Source: an uncultured Planctomycetota bacterium (GTDB lineage Bacteria; Planctomycetota; Planctomycetia; Isosphaerales; Isosphaeraceae). Taken from it: a stretch of DNA of 64,000 nucleotides. The translations under genes were made by a program, and so were the position numbers. The notes beneath the pieces are model-generated. The model saw only the letters and a list, made by a program, of their open reading frames with translations, made no database searches and was not told the origin of the DNA. Numbering within the stretch: the stretch's first letter is position 1; each line of letters starts with the position of its first letter. Location: positions 4,224,001 through 4,288,000 of the forward strand of contig CAVTTN010000002.1 of NCBI GenBank assembly GCA_963737655.1, given 5' to 3'. Of this stretch, positions 30,863 through 40,390 are shown piece by piece.

Positions 30863-31519
30863 ATGGACGATCCCTCACTCAAAAAGAAGGCCGCGAAGGT
30901 CGTCAAGGCGCTGGCCCGGCACTATCCCGACGCCCGATGCGCCCTGGACCACTCCGACGCCTTCGGCCTGCTCGTCGCCACGATCCTCTCGGCGCAATGT
31001 ACCAACGCGCGGGTCAACCTCGTGACCCCGGCCCTCTTCGCCCGGTTCCCGGGCGCCCCGTCCCTGGCGAGGGCCGACCTGGCCGAGGTCGAACGGCTGA
31101 TCCACTCCGCCGGGTTCTTCCGGGCCAAGGCGAAAAACCTCGTGGCGATGGCCCAGGCCCTCGTGACGAAGCACGGAGGGGACGTCCCGCAGGACCTCGA
31201 CGCCCTGACCGAGCTGCCCGGAGTCGGCCGGAAGACGGCCCACGTCGTCCTCGGGTCGTTCTTCGGCATCCCCTCGGGCGTGGTGGTGGACACCCACGTC
31301 AAGAGGCTGGCCTACCGGATCGGCCTGACCGAGAGGACCGACCCGGAAGGCGTCGAGCGCGACCTGGCGGCGATCATCCCCAGAAAAGGGTGGATCGATC
31401 TCAGCCATCGCCTGATCTTCCACGGCCGGCTGGTCTGCCTCGCGAGGAAGCCGAGGTGCTCGGCCTGTTTCCTCGGGCCACTCTGCGATCGGGCCGGGGT
31501 CGGTTCGAATCGCGAGTGA
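30863..31519 (+). CDS. nth: endonuclease III
   Basis: LVATILSAQCT, LPGVGRKTA HhH motif, VVDTHV, CLARKPRCSACFLGPLC 4Fe-4S motif. Confidence 0.95.
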   Translation: MDDPSLKKKAAKVVKALARHYPDARCALDHSDAFGLLVATILSAQCTNARVNLVTPALFARFPGAPSLARADLAEVERLIHSAGFFRAKAKNLVAMAQALVTKHGGDVPQDLDALTELPGVGRKTAHVVLGSFFGIPSGVVVDTHVKRLAYRIGLTERTDPEGVERDLAAIIPRKGWIDLSHRLIFHGRLVCLARKPRCSACFLGPLCDRAGVGSNRE

Positions 31520-31658
31520 TCGACGTTACAATCGGTTGAGGAACGCTCGCGGGCGACGCTCCCTACATCAAGGGCCGGAGTCGGAGGTTCTCGGACCGAG
31601 AGGGACCGCCCTCGGCTCGTCCCACGATCCCTCTCGACGAACGAGGAGGCCGCCCCCG

Positions 31659-33944
31659 ATGATTCTCAGCGATTCGGCGACGGAGGGGGGCCCGCGGCGG
31701 GCCCGGCTCCTCGGCCGCCTGGCCCTGGTGGCGATCCTGGTCCTCGCCGCGGGGTTGCGGCTCTGGAGGCTCGACCGCAACGGCTGGGGTAATCCGTACT
31801 ATTCGGCGGCAGCCCGGTCCATGCTCTCCGGGCCGTCCCAGTTCTTCTTCGGCTCGTTCGACCCCGTGGGCCTCGTCACGGTGGACAAGCCCCCCGTCGC
31901 CCTCTGGCTCCAGGCCGCCAGCGCCGGGATCTTCGGGTTCCGGGGGTTCAGCCTGTTCCTCCCTCAAGCCTTGCTCGGCGTGGGGTCGGTCTGGCTCACG
32001 GGTCGGCTGGTCCGGAGGACGGCCGGCGTCGCGGCGGGTCTGATCGCGGCGTTCACGATGGCGATCACGCCGATCTCCGTCGCGATCGACCGCGAGAACA
32101 TGCCCGACCCGGCCCTCGTCTTCGTCCTCCTGCTCGCGGCCGAGTGCCTGGCCCGGGCCGTCGAGACCGGCCGAGTCCGGCCCCTCCTGGCGATGGCCGC
32201 GCTGGTGGGCCTGGGGTTCAACATCAAGATGCTCGCGGCGTTCGTGGTCTTGCCGACGTTCTATCTCGCGTATCTCCTCCTCGGCAAGGCGCGATTCGGC
32301 CGAAAAGTGGCCGAGTTGTCGGCGGCGACGGCCGTCCTGGTGGCGGTCTCGCTGTCGTGGTCGATCGTCGTCGAGCTCACGCCCAAAGATCGACGGCCGT
32401 ACATCGGCGGGTCTCAAAAGAATTCGGCTCTGGAGCTGGCCCTGGGATACAACGGGCTCGGGCGGGTTTTTGGAGGGTCCGGAAATCCCGGACAACGGCC
32501 CGGAGCGGGCGGACCCGGACCGGGGCGATTCGCCAGGCCCGGGGCCGATGGCAACGCGCCTCCGCCCGCCGGCAACGACGAGGGCGGCCGGGCCTCGCCG
32601 TTCGGAGGTCCCCCGGGAGCCGATGAGGACGACGGCCCGCCCGGTGGACCCGGAGGAGGCGGCCCCCCGTTCGGCGCGGGCGGACTTCCTCCGTTCGGCG
32701 CGGGCGGGCCCGGCGGGGGCTTCCCACCGTTCGGACCCGGCGGCCGGGGCGGCCCGGGAGGGTTCGGCGGCGGGCCTCCCGGCTTCGGCGGGACGCCCGG
32801 CCTCCTGAGGTTCACCAATGCCGGCATCGCCGGCCAGATCACCTGGCTGTTCCCCCTGGCGGTCCTGGGCCTGGTCTCGGCCTCGGGGAGGGCCATTCGC
32901 GACCGCTCCCCGGGCGAACAGTTCGCGTTGGTCCTCTGGGCGGGATGGCTGGGGACGCACTGGCTGGTCTTCAGCTTCGCCCGGGGGATCTTTCACGAGT
33001 ATTACACGACGGTCCTCGGCCCCGCCGTCGCGGCCCTGGTCGGGATCGGGACCGTGGCCCTCTGGCGAACGTGGGCCGAGTCGTCCGGCCGCAAGGGGCT
33101 GCTCCCCTCGGCCATCCTGATGACCCTGGCCTGGGAAACGGCGATCATCGTCCCCGATCCGGCGATCCGTCGATGGATGCTCCCCGTCCTGATCGGCGGG
33201 GCGGCGGTCTCGGCGATTGGCTGCCTGGGGATTCGCCGGGGGTCGCCCCGGTGGGCGAACGTCGCCATCGGCCTGGGCCTGGCGACGGCCTTCGTCGGCC
33301 CGGGGGCGTGGTCGCTCTCGTCGGCGATCTCGCCGGGGGTGGGGATGATGCCGTCGGCCAACGCCTCGGGGCTGACCGGCGAACGACCCTCCGGGTTCTT
33401 CGGCGGAGGCCCTCCTCCGGGGATCGAGCCGCGAGACTCCTCGAAACTGATCGGCTTCCTCAAGGCCAATCGCCGGTCCGAGAAGTTCCTGGTCGCGGCG
33501 ACTTCGAGCATGGAAATCGCCCCGATCATCATCGCCAGCGGGGAACCAGCGGTGAGCCTCGGCGGGTTCATGGGGGCCGACCCGGTCATCCCCGCCGAGG
33601 AGTTCGCCCGGATGGTCGAGGCCGGCGAGCTCCGGTTCTTCATGCTCGGCGGAGGGCCGGGCGGAGGCGGGGGGCCTCCGGGCGGAGGACCCGGCGGAGG
33701 CGGCCCCCCTGGGAGCGGGCCGGGGAACGCCGAGCTCCTGAAATGGGTCCGTGACCACGGCGTCCCCGTTCCCAATCGCCTCTGGCAGGCCAGGGAACCG
33801 GCCGAGGCCGCTCCGGCCGAGGCCGGCCCCGGCGCCTTCTTCCGACGGATCAGAGGCCAGGCCCGTCTCTATGACCTCCGCCCCGATCTCGATCGGGTCG
33901 AGCCGACGACTCCCGCCCCGACCGCGACGGAGGACCGTCCATGA
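31659..33944 (+). CDS. ArnT/PMT-like glycosyltransferase (YkcB-like) with Gly/Pro-rich loops
   Basis: NPYYSAAARSM, FGSFDP...VTVDKPP, GFNIKML, RPYIGGS..NS.LELALGYNG, FHEYY, LGGFMGADP. Confidence 0.88.
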   Translation: MILSDSATEGGPRRARLLGRLALVAILVLAAGLRLWRLDRNGWGNPYYSAAARSMLSGPSQFFFGSFDPVGLVTVDKPPVALWLQAASAGIFGFRGFSLFLPQALLGVGSVWLTGRLVRRTAGVAAGLIAAFTMAITPISVAIDRENMPDPALVFVLLLAAECLARAVETGRVRPLLAMAALVGLGFNIKMLAAFVVLPTFYLAYLLLGKARFGRKVAELSAATAVLVAVSLSWSIVVELTPKDRRPYIGGSQKNSALELALGYNGLGRVFGGSGNPGQRPGAGGPGPGRFARPGADGNAPPPAGNDEGGRASPFGGPPGADEDDGPPGGPGGGGPPFGAGGLPPFGAGGPGGGFPPFGPGGRGGPGGFGGGPPGFGGTPGLLRFTNAGIAGQITWLFPLAVLGLVSASGRAIRDRSPGEQFALVLWAGWLGTHWLVFSFARGIFHEYYTTVLGPAVAALVGIGTVALWRTWAESSGRKGLLPSAILMTLAWETAIIVPDPAIRRWMLPVLIGGAAVSAIGCLGIRRGSPRWANVAIGLGLATAFVGPGAWSLSSAISPGVGMMPSANASGLTGERPSGFFGGGPPPGIEPRDSSKLIGFLKANRRSEKFLVAATSSMEIAPIIIASGEPAVSLGGFMGADPVIPAEEFARMVEAGELRFFMLGGGPGGGGGPPGGGPGGGGPPGSGPGNAELLKWVRDHGVPVPNRLWQAREPAEAAPAEAGPGAFFRRIRGQARLYDLRPDLDRVEPTTPAPTATEDRP

Positions 33945-35494
33945 GCACGCCCCTCGGTTCGAGGCGATACCACGCCCTGGATTGCGTCCGGGCCACCGCG
34001 ATGCTTCTGGGCGTGTTCTATCACGCGATCCAGTTCGGCGGGATGTCCGCCGGGCAGTTCGGGCCGGGAAGTCGGGGCGGGGCATCGATCCGGCTCCAGG
34101 ATTGGCTCCACAGCTTCCGGATGCCCCTGTTCTTCCTGATCGCCGGCTTCTTCTGCGCCATGATGCTGGGCAAATATGGGGTGGTGGGCTATCTCGGCCG
34201 GCGATGGTCGCGAATCGGCCTGCCCCTGGTCCTGGGCCTGTTCACGGTCGTCCCGCTCTCCATCGCGATCCGGGACATGGGCGGCGGTCCGATGGGAGGC
34301 GGGCCCCGGGGCGGTGGCCCGCCCGGAATCCGTCCGCAAGGCCCCGAGGGGAACCTCGCGAACCTCCCGCCGCCGCCTCCCGGGTTCGTCCCCCCGCCGT
34401 TCCGTCGATTCGACGTGGATCACGACGGCACCCTGAGCGCCGAGGAGTGGAAAACGGCCCTGGAGCAGCGACCGATGGGCGGAGCTCGGGGATTCGGCCC
34501 CGGAGGGTCCGGCCCTCCCGGCGACGACCGGGCCGACGCCTCGACGCCCTCTCCGTTCGGGCCTCCGGGAGGAGGCGGGATGCCGGCCCCGGGGCCTCCC
34601 GGGTTCGGCCCGGCGGCCGGCGGTCTCGGCGAACGGATCTTCGGGACGTCGTCGCGTTATTTCCGGCTCGATTACCTCTGGTTCCTGTGGTATTTGCTCG
34701 TCTTCGCCACGATCGCGCCGCTGGTGGCGGGCCTTGCCGGGCTCCTTGCGAGCTGGACCCCGGCCGATCGCCTGGGTCGGGTCGCGATCCGGTTCGGATT
34801 CGCCCCCTTGCTGCTCGGGCTGGCGAGCGGCCCCGCCCTCTGGATGGCTCCCGGGTTCTTCGGGTGGTCCCTGGGCCCGGCGTCGGGCATTTTCCGGGGC
34901 GTGCCGGACTTCCTCGTCCACCTCGAACCGGACATGCCGTTCTACCTCGCGTTCTTCCTCGCCGGATGGTGGCTCCATCGTCTCCGGGACGGCCTGCCGG
35001 ACCTCGCCCGGCGCTGGCTGCCCTGCCTGGCGATCGGGATCGCCGCCCATGCCGGGGCCGAGGCGCTGTCGGCGAGATATGCCTCGCAGACGGATTTGCC
35101 GGATTATGCCTGGATTCGGCTCGGCGGGTACCTCCTGTACGCCACGGGTTCGGCCTATTCGGCCTTCGGCCTGCTCGGGTTCTTCCAGAGGTTCGTGAAC
35201 CGGCCGACGAGGGCGGGCCTCTACCTGGCCGACACCGCGTTCTGGGTCTACATGGTCCACCAGCCGATCCTCACGCCGATTTTGAGGCTGGTCTCGCCTC
35301 TGGGCGGGCCGTGGCTGGTCCAGGGACTGGTCGTCTCGGCGCTCACGGCCGGGGTGGCGCTGGTCCTGTATGAGCTCGTCGTGGTCCCGACGCCCCTGAT
35401 TCGCCTCTTCGGCCCGTCCGGAGGGACCCGGCCGGTCGATCCGGGGCCGACCGAGTCGGAGGTCGAACCCGAGGAGGCGGTCCCGGCCTCGTGA
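33941..35494 (+). CDS. acyltransferase-3 family protein (OpgC/MdoC-like) with an EF-hand insertion
   Basis: RYHALDCVRA.AMLLGVFYH, HSFRMPLFFLIAGFF, YLWFLWYL, YLADTAFWVYMVHQP; ATGA overlap with the upstream GT. Confidence 0.88.
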   Translation: MSTPLGSRRYHALDCVRATAMLLGVFYHAIQFGGMSAGQFGPGSRGGASIRLQDWLHSFRMPLFFLIAGFFCAMMLGKYGVVGYLGRRWSRIGLPLVLGLFTVVPLSIAIRDMGGGPMGGGPRGGGPPGIRPQGPEGNLANLPPPPPGFVPPPFRRFDVDHDGTLSAEEWKTALEQRPMGGARGFGPGGSGPPGDDRADASTPSPFGPPGGGGMPAPGPPGFGPAAGGLGERIFGTSSRYFRLDYLWFLWYLLVFATIAPLVAGLAGLLASWTPADRLGRVAIRFGFAPLLLGLASGPALWMAPGFFGWSLGPASGIFRGVPDFLVHLEPDMPFYLAFFLAGWWLHRLRDGLPDLARRWLPCLAIGIAAHAGAEALSARYASQTDLPDYAWIRLGGYLLYATGSAYSAFGLLGFFQRFVNRPTRAGLYLADTAFWVYMVHQPILTPILRLVSPLGGPWLVQGLVVSALTAGVALVLYELVVVPTPLIRLFGPSGGTRPVDPGPTESEVEPEEAVPAS

Positions 35495-35770
35495 TCGGGC
35501 CCGTTCCGGGCTTCTCCTCCTCCGTCGATCCTCCCGAGCGACGACGACGAGGGACCGAGGCGAGATCCGGGCCGAGAATGCCCTCCCCGGCCTTATCGTC
35601 ACGACCCGCCGACCCATGGCGAACGGTCGCAACGACGGAAGGGCACCGCGACCCGGCGAGTCGTCTTGACCGAATCCCTGGTTCCTGGAAAGATGGATAA
35701 TCGTTGAGGCCCCTTCTTGAGACGATCACCCCTCGTCCGCTTCACCCCTCTCGGCGCTGGGGAGAGTTCC

Positions 35771-36568
35771 ATGCGAGTCCTTCCGTTGCGGGCGGCCTGG
35801 GCCGCGACCGCGATCTTGCTCCTTTTGGTGGGTCGAGCGACCGCGCAGGACGCCCCCGGGGCGGACCCGGACAAGATCGACCCCGACGCCCCCGTCCCCA
35901 AGCTCCCCGGGCCCGACCCGTTGCCCAAGGTCGCGCTCGGTCCGATGTTGCCGACCCACGCCGTTCGTCGCTCGGTCCCCGGGCCGAACTGGGTCGCCGC
36001 CGAGGCCACCGTCCTGCCCCTGGACCGCAAGGGCATCTACGTCCTGGAATACGCGTTCAAGCCTCTGCGGATGATCGAGGTCGATATCCCGGGCAAGGGG
36101 CGTCGGCGCATCCATTATCTCTATTACCGAGTGGTGAACCGCACCGGCCAACCCCGGATGTTCGTCCCCCAGTTCTCCCTGGTCACGAACAGCGGCCAGA
36201 GGTTCGAGGACGTGGTGTTGCCCCAGGCCGTCAAGAACATCCAGAGCCGAGAGGCCCCCGAGATCGACCTGCTGAGCGCCGTGAGCGTCGTCGGGATGAT
36301 CCCCCCGAGCACCAAGGAAGGGATCGACGACGCGGTCTATGGCGTGGCGGTGTGGGACAACGTGGATTTCCGGGCCGACGGCTTCAAGATCTTCGTCCGC
36401 GGCCTGTCCGACGGCTACCAGGAGATCACCCCGCCCGACGGCGGCAAGCCGTTCACCCGGTACAAGGCCCTGCGGATCGGCTTCACCCGACCCGGCGACG
36501 AGCGCAACCCGAACGAGAAGGAAATCCGCCTCCTCGACCCGCCGTACGAGTGGACCTATTATCCCTGA
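35771..36568 (+). CDS. secreted hypothetical protein
   Basis: Signal peptide (..ATAQD), strong codon bias, FKPLRMIEVDIP and YLYYRVVN segments. Confidence 0.75.
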   Translation: MRVLPLRAAWAATAILLLLVGRATAQDAPGADPDKIDPDAPVPKLPGPDPLPKVALGPMLPTHAVRRSVPGPNWVAAEATVLPLDRKGIYVLEYAFKPLRMIEVDIPGKGRRRIHYLYYRVVNRTGQPRMFVPQFSLVTNSGQRFEDVVLPQAVKNIQSREAPEIDLLSAVSVVGMIPPSTKEGIDDAVYGVAVWDNVDFRADGFKIFVRGLSDGYQEITPPDGGKPFTRYKALRIGFTRPGDERNPNEKEIRLLDPPYEWTYYP

Positions 36569-36645
36569 GCCGGTCTCGGGGCGCCGAGATCGGGTCGGCC
36601 GGATCGCGTGAAACCGCTCGGAGACGGGCCGGAGGAGGGACTCGC

Positions 36646-37251
36646 GTGTCGTATAGCGACTTCACCCTCCCCGAGATCCGTCAACGCCTCGGCCTGAGCG
36701 TGGCCGAGGGCACCGACCTCTTCGGCTCCACCGCCGAGATCGACCTGCCCGCGACCCTGGCGGAGACGCTGGCTCGGTATCTCCCCCTGGCCCTCAACCT
36801 GAACACCGAGAAGGCCCGCTCCGAGTTGCTGATTGCCCCTCTGCTGGTCGAGCTCAAGCTCCAGCACCCGGACCGGCTGAGCGTCTTCTCGGGGATCGAC
36901 TTCACGGTCGATCCGGCCCTGGGACTGAGCGGGCAGTGTGACTATGTCCTGGCCCGAAGCCCCCAGCAATTGGCCCTGACCGCCCCGGCGTGCGTGCTGG
37001 TGGAGGCCAAGAGCGAGAACATCGTCGGCGGCGTCCCGCAATGCCTGGCGGAAATGGTCGCGGCCCAGCGATTCAACCGCGATTCGGGCGACGAGGGAGT
37101 CGTGTTCGGGGCGGTCACGACCGGGGTCCTCTGGCGGTTCCTGCGATTGGAGGGGGCGCGGGCCCAGGTCGATCGCGTCGAATACCCGATCCAGACCCCT
37201 CGGAAGATTTTTGGAATCCTTCGGGCCATCGCCCTGGGAGACGCCGATTGA
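36646..37251 (+). CDS. PD-(D/E)xK-fold protein (HsdR-N/restriction-endonuclease-like)
   Basis: YSDFTL N-terminus, EKARSELLIAP, GQCDYVL...VEAK, QCLAEMVAAQ, GAVTTG..WRF. Confidence 0.75.
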   Translation: MSYSDFTLPEIRQRLGLSVAEGTDLFGSTAEIDLPATLAETLARYLPLALNLNTEKARSELLIAPLLVELKLQHPDRLSVFSGIDFTVDPALGLSGQCDYVLARSPQQLALTAPACVLVEAKSENIVGGVPQCLAEMVAAQRFNRDSGDEGVVFGAVTTGVLWRFLRLEGARAQVDRVEYPIQTPRKIFGILRAIALGDAD

Positions 37252-37302
37252 CCGGGCCCGAAGTGGGACTTGACCCATCGGCGACATCTCCGACAATCCA
37301 CT

Positions 37303-37875
37303 CTACGCCCATCGATTCCGGCGTTCCGCGATCTCGACGCCCAGGGCGAGCGACGCCTTGCGGGCCTCCTGGATCGCCTCGGGAGGCCCGAGGGCGGCGG
37401 CCAGGTCGATGGCGCCCAGGATCGCCTTGGGCATCAGGTGAGGCGGGACGGGCACGTCCTGGACGCCGACCGGCGTGATGCTCCCCCCGCTCCAGAACGC
37501 GGCGACGGCGGCGAGCCCGGCGGGGTGGTCGTAGCCCGAGGCGAGCGAGGCGTCGAACGCCTTCCGGCGGTTGGCGTCCGAGGGCGAGGCCACCCAGGTT
37601 TCCGCGGCCTTCAGGGCGGCGAGCCGCTTCGGCGGAGCGGGCTCGACCAGGACCCCTCGGGCCACCAGGCACGCCCACCAGACCGCCTCCCTCCTCGGCA
37701 TCGCCTGGACGAGGAACGCCAGCGCATCGTCTAGCTGGCCCGACTCGGAGAGGGCCCGGAGGAAGTCTTCCGGTCGATCGCCCGGCGAGTGCTTCTCCAG
37801 GGCCGATTCGGACGGCTCGTACCCCTTGAGCACTTCCTCGGCCGAGGCGCCGGGCAGTTGGAGCAGCATCGCCAC
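37303..37875 (-). CDS. DUF6931-like T6SS-associated protein
   Basis: MPRREAVWWAC, WVASPSDANRR, AAFWSGGSI; directly downstream of vgrG. Confidence 0.75.
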   Translation of the reverse strand: MAMLLQLPGASAEEVLKGYEPSESALEKHSPGDRPEDFLRALSESGQLDDALAFLVQAMPRREAVWWACLVARGVLVEPAPPKRLAALKAAETWVASPSDANRRKAFDASLASGYDHPAGLAAVAAFWSGGSITPVGVQDVPVPPHLMPKAILGAIDLAAALGPPEAIQEARKASLALGVEIAERRNRWA

Positions 37876-37969
37876 GGGTGTTCTCGCCCTTCTCGTCCCG
37901 GAGTTCCGGACGCGATGGGGGCCGGCTCATCGTCCAAGAGGAGCCGACCCCCATCCGTGTCCGGGATTC

Positions 37970-40162
37970 TCAGTTAATCATCGTGATCGCGCCCTGCATC
38001 TTCAGCATGCCGTCGCCGTTGATCTGCACCATCGTCCCCTGGACCTGCACCTCGATCGACCCCTGGAGCTTGATCATCATCCCCTTGAGGGTGATGCCGC
38101 TCTGGTCGATCGTGATGCTGTTGCCGCCGACCTTCAGGGTGATCGACTGCATGGCCTCCGTGGAGCTGGCCCCGAGGCTCACCTTGGTGGTCTGGTTGCC
38201 CATCTTGACCGTCAGCGAGTCGTTCCCCATCGAGACCTCGACGGTGCGGTTGCCGGTCTTGACGGTGTGGGAATCGTTGCCCGTATCGACGGTCACGGTG
38301 CGGTTGCCGGTCTTGACCTCGTGGGTGTCATTGCCGGTCTTGACCGTGACCGAGCGGTTGCCGGTGTTGATGACCGTGGTGTCGTCGGACTCGACGATGA
38401 TGTCGCGCTTCCCCTTGCTGACCTCGTGCTTGTCGTTGCCTTCCTTGACGGTGACGGTGCGGTTGCCCTTCTCGATCGTGACGGTCTCGTTCCCGGTCTT
38501 GACCGTCTCGGTGCGGTCCTTGTAGACGGTGATCGTCTGGTTGCCATCGACCAGGGAGCTGCTCCCGTCGACGCCAACGACCAGGGTGTCGTTGTTCTCG
38601 ACTTCGCGGAGGAAGTCCTTCTCCGCGTGGAAGAAGATCTGCTCGGAGCCCTTCTTGTCCTCGAACCGGAGCTCATTGAAGTTCTCGGACTCGCCCTTGA
38701 GGCTGGACCGGCTCTTGATTCCGCTCTGGGTGGCATTGTCCGGGAGCGTATACGGGACGGGGATGCTGCCGTTGTAGACCCGCCCGGTGATCAACGGGCG
38801 GTCGGGGTCGCCTTCGAGGAACGAGACGACGACTTCCTGGCCGATCCGGGGGATGTGGATCGATCCCCAGGTCTTGCCGGCCCAGGCCTGGCTCACGCGA
38901 ATCCAGCAGGAGCTGTTCTCGTCGCTCTTGCCCAGGCGGTCCCAGTGGAACTGGACCTTCACCCGGCCCTTGGCGTCGGTGTAGATCTCCTGGCCGCTGG
39001 TGCCCACGACCACCGCCGTCTGGTCGCCCAGGACTCGCGGCCTGGGCGTGAGCCTGGGCGGGTGGTAGGGCATCGCCTTGGCGATGCATCGAAATCGGTT
39101 CAAATATTCGAATGTCGCGTCCTGGGACTCCCCGGAGGTCGCGTCGATCACGTGCTCGACCCGGGTCAAGGCATAGTCGGCGTTGACCGTCGCGTCCGGG
39201 TGGTCGGAGAGCGTGAACGTGTAGCCCGGGACGAACGCCCGGCAATTGCTCGACCCCGAGGAGACGGCCCGACGGACGACCTCCTCCTCGACGCGGACCC
39301 GGGCCGTGGCGGTCATCAGGTCCGACGTCGGCGCCGAGTCGTGCTCGGAGGAGACCACCGAATCGGCGTAATCGTAGACCTCGTAGAGCGCGCTCCCGGC
39401 CGAGGACGACGAATTGCCGGAGATCTTCGTGTCGGGCTTGAGGAAGTCGTACTCGGCCAGGGTGACCTTCTTGGGATGGACCTCGTCGGACGTGGTCCAT
39501 TCCAGGACGCGCTCGTCCTCGCGGGTGCCGCCCAGGTGCATCTCGTAGACCATCGGGTTCGGGGCGCCCGGGACGGCCACGAAGACCGAGTTCACGTCGG
39601 CGATCACCATCGTGTGGGACGTCTTGGCGTGCTCGAAGAAGAAGAAGATCCCCTCGTCTTCCATCAAGCGATTGAGGAAATCCCAGGTCGTCTCCCGATA
39701 CTGGACGCAATAGGTTCGCTTGGTATAGGTCTTCTGGAGGGAGATCTTGAAGTCGGTGCCGGAGGTCAGGCCCATGTCGGTCAGGGCCTGCTGGAGGATG
39801 TCCTTGACGGTGAGGTCCTGGAAGATCCGGCAATCGACCTCCTGGCCGAGGAGCCAGGGCTTGGGGACGATCTCCGCCCGATAGAACGTGGCGTGCTTCT
39901 GGCCGGCGGCCTGCCCTTCGACGTCGCCCCGGGTCAGGCGCTTGACGATCCCGTGGAAGTAGCGGACCGGGGAATCGGCGACCTGGAGCTCGACGGCCAG
40001 GGGCTTGCCGAGGAACTCCGTGGGGGCGATGACGGTATCGGAAGAGAAATCGACGTCGAACAGGAACGGCTCGGAGACCGCTTCGTGGCCCCCGAGGCGG
40101 GCGATCCGCAAATCTTCGGAGGCGTCGCAGAGGATGTAGGCGGGGGATTCGAAGCTCGGCAT
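37970..40162 (-). CDS. vgrG: type VI secretion spike protein VgrG/TssI
   Basis: GHEAVSEPF.F, YCVQYRETTWDFLNRLMEDEGIFFFF, GRVKVQFHWDR, IPRIGQEVVVSFLEGDPDRP, NELRFED, C-terminal beta-helix repeats. Confidence 0.97.
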   Translation of the reverse strand: MPSFESPAYILCDASEDLRIARLGGHEAVSEPFLFDVDFSSDTVIAPTEFLGKPLAVELQVADSPVRYFHGIVKRLTRGDVEGQAAGQKHATFYRAEIVPKPWLLGQEVDCRIFQDLTVKDILQQALTDMGLTSGTDFKISLQKTYTKRTYCVQYRETTWDFLNRLMEDEGIFFFFEHAKTSHTMVIADVNSVFVAVPGAPNPMVYEMHLGGTREDERVLEWTTSDEVHPKKVTLAEYDFLKPDTKISGNSSSSAGSALYEVYDYADSVVSSEHDSAPTSDLMTATARVRVEEEVVRRAVSSGSSNCRAFVPGYTFTLSDHPDATVNADYALTRVEHVIDATSGESQDATFEYLNRFRCIAKAMPYHPPRLTPRPRVLGDQTAVVVGTSGQEIYTDAKGRVKVQFHWDRLGKSDENSSCWIRVSQAWAGKTWGSIHIPRIGQEVVVSFLEGDPDRPLITGRVYNGSIPVPYTLPDNATQSGIKSRSSLKGESENFNELRFEDKKGSEQIFFHAEKDFLREVENNDTLVVGVDGSSSLVDGNQTITVYKDRTETVKTGNETVTIEKGNRTVTVKEGNDKHEVSKGKRDIIVESDDTTVINTGNRSVTVKTGNDTHEVKTGNRTVTVDTGNDSHTVKTGNRTVEVSMGNDSLTVKMGNQTTKVSLGASSTEAMQSITLKVGGNSITIDQSGITLKGMMIKLQGSIEVQVQGTMVQINGDGMLKMQGAITMIN

Positions 40163-40390
40163 GGCACGCCTCGGCGGGGGGGCCCGATCCCGACAGGACG
40201 GAAGGGATAGGCCGGAGGGGGCGATTCTGCCACGGAAGGGCGGGCCGGGGCAAGGCTCGGGGCGGGCCTCCCGGCGAATCCGTGGTATCCTTGCCACGTC
40301 CATCGGCCCTTGCCTGGAAGCGGCCGGTCTGTCAGGTTGGATAGAGAGCCGTCCCGTCACGAAGCGACCCCGCCACAGGAGGGCCCGACG

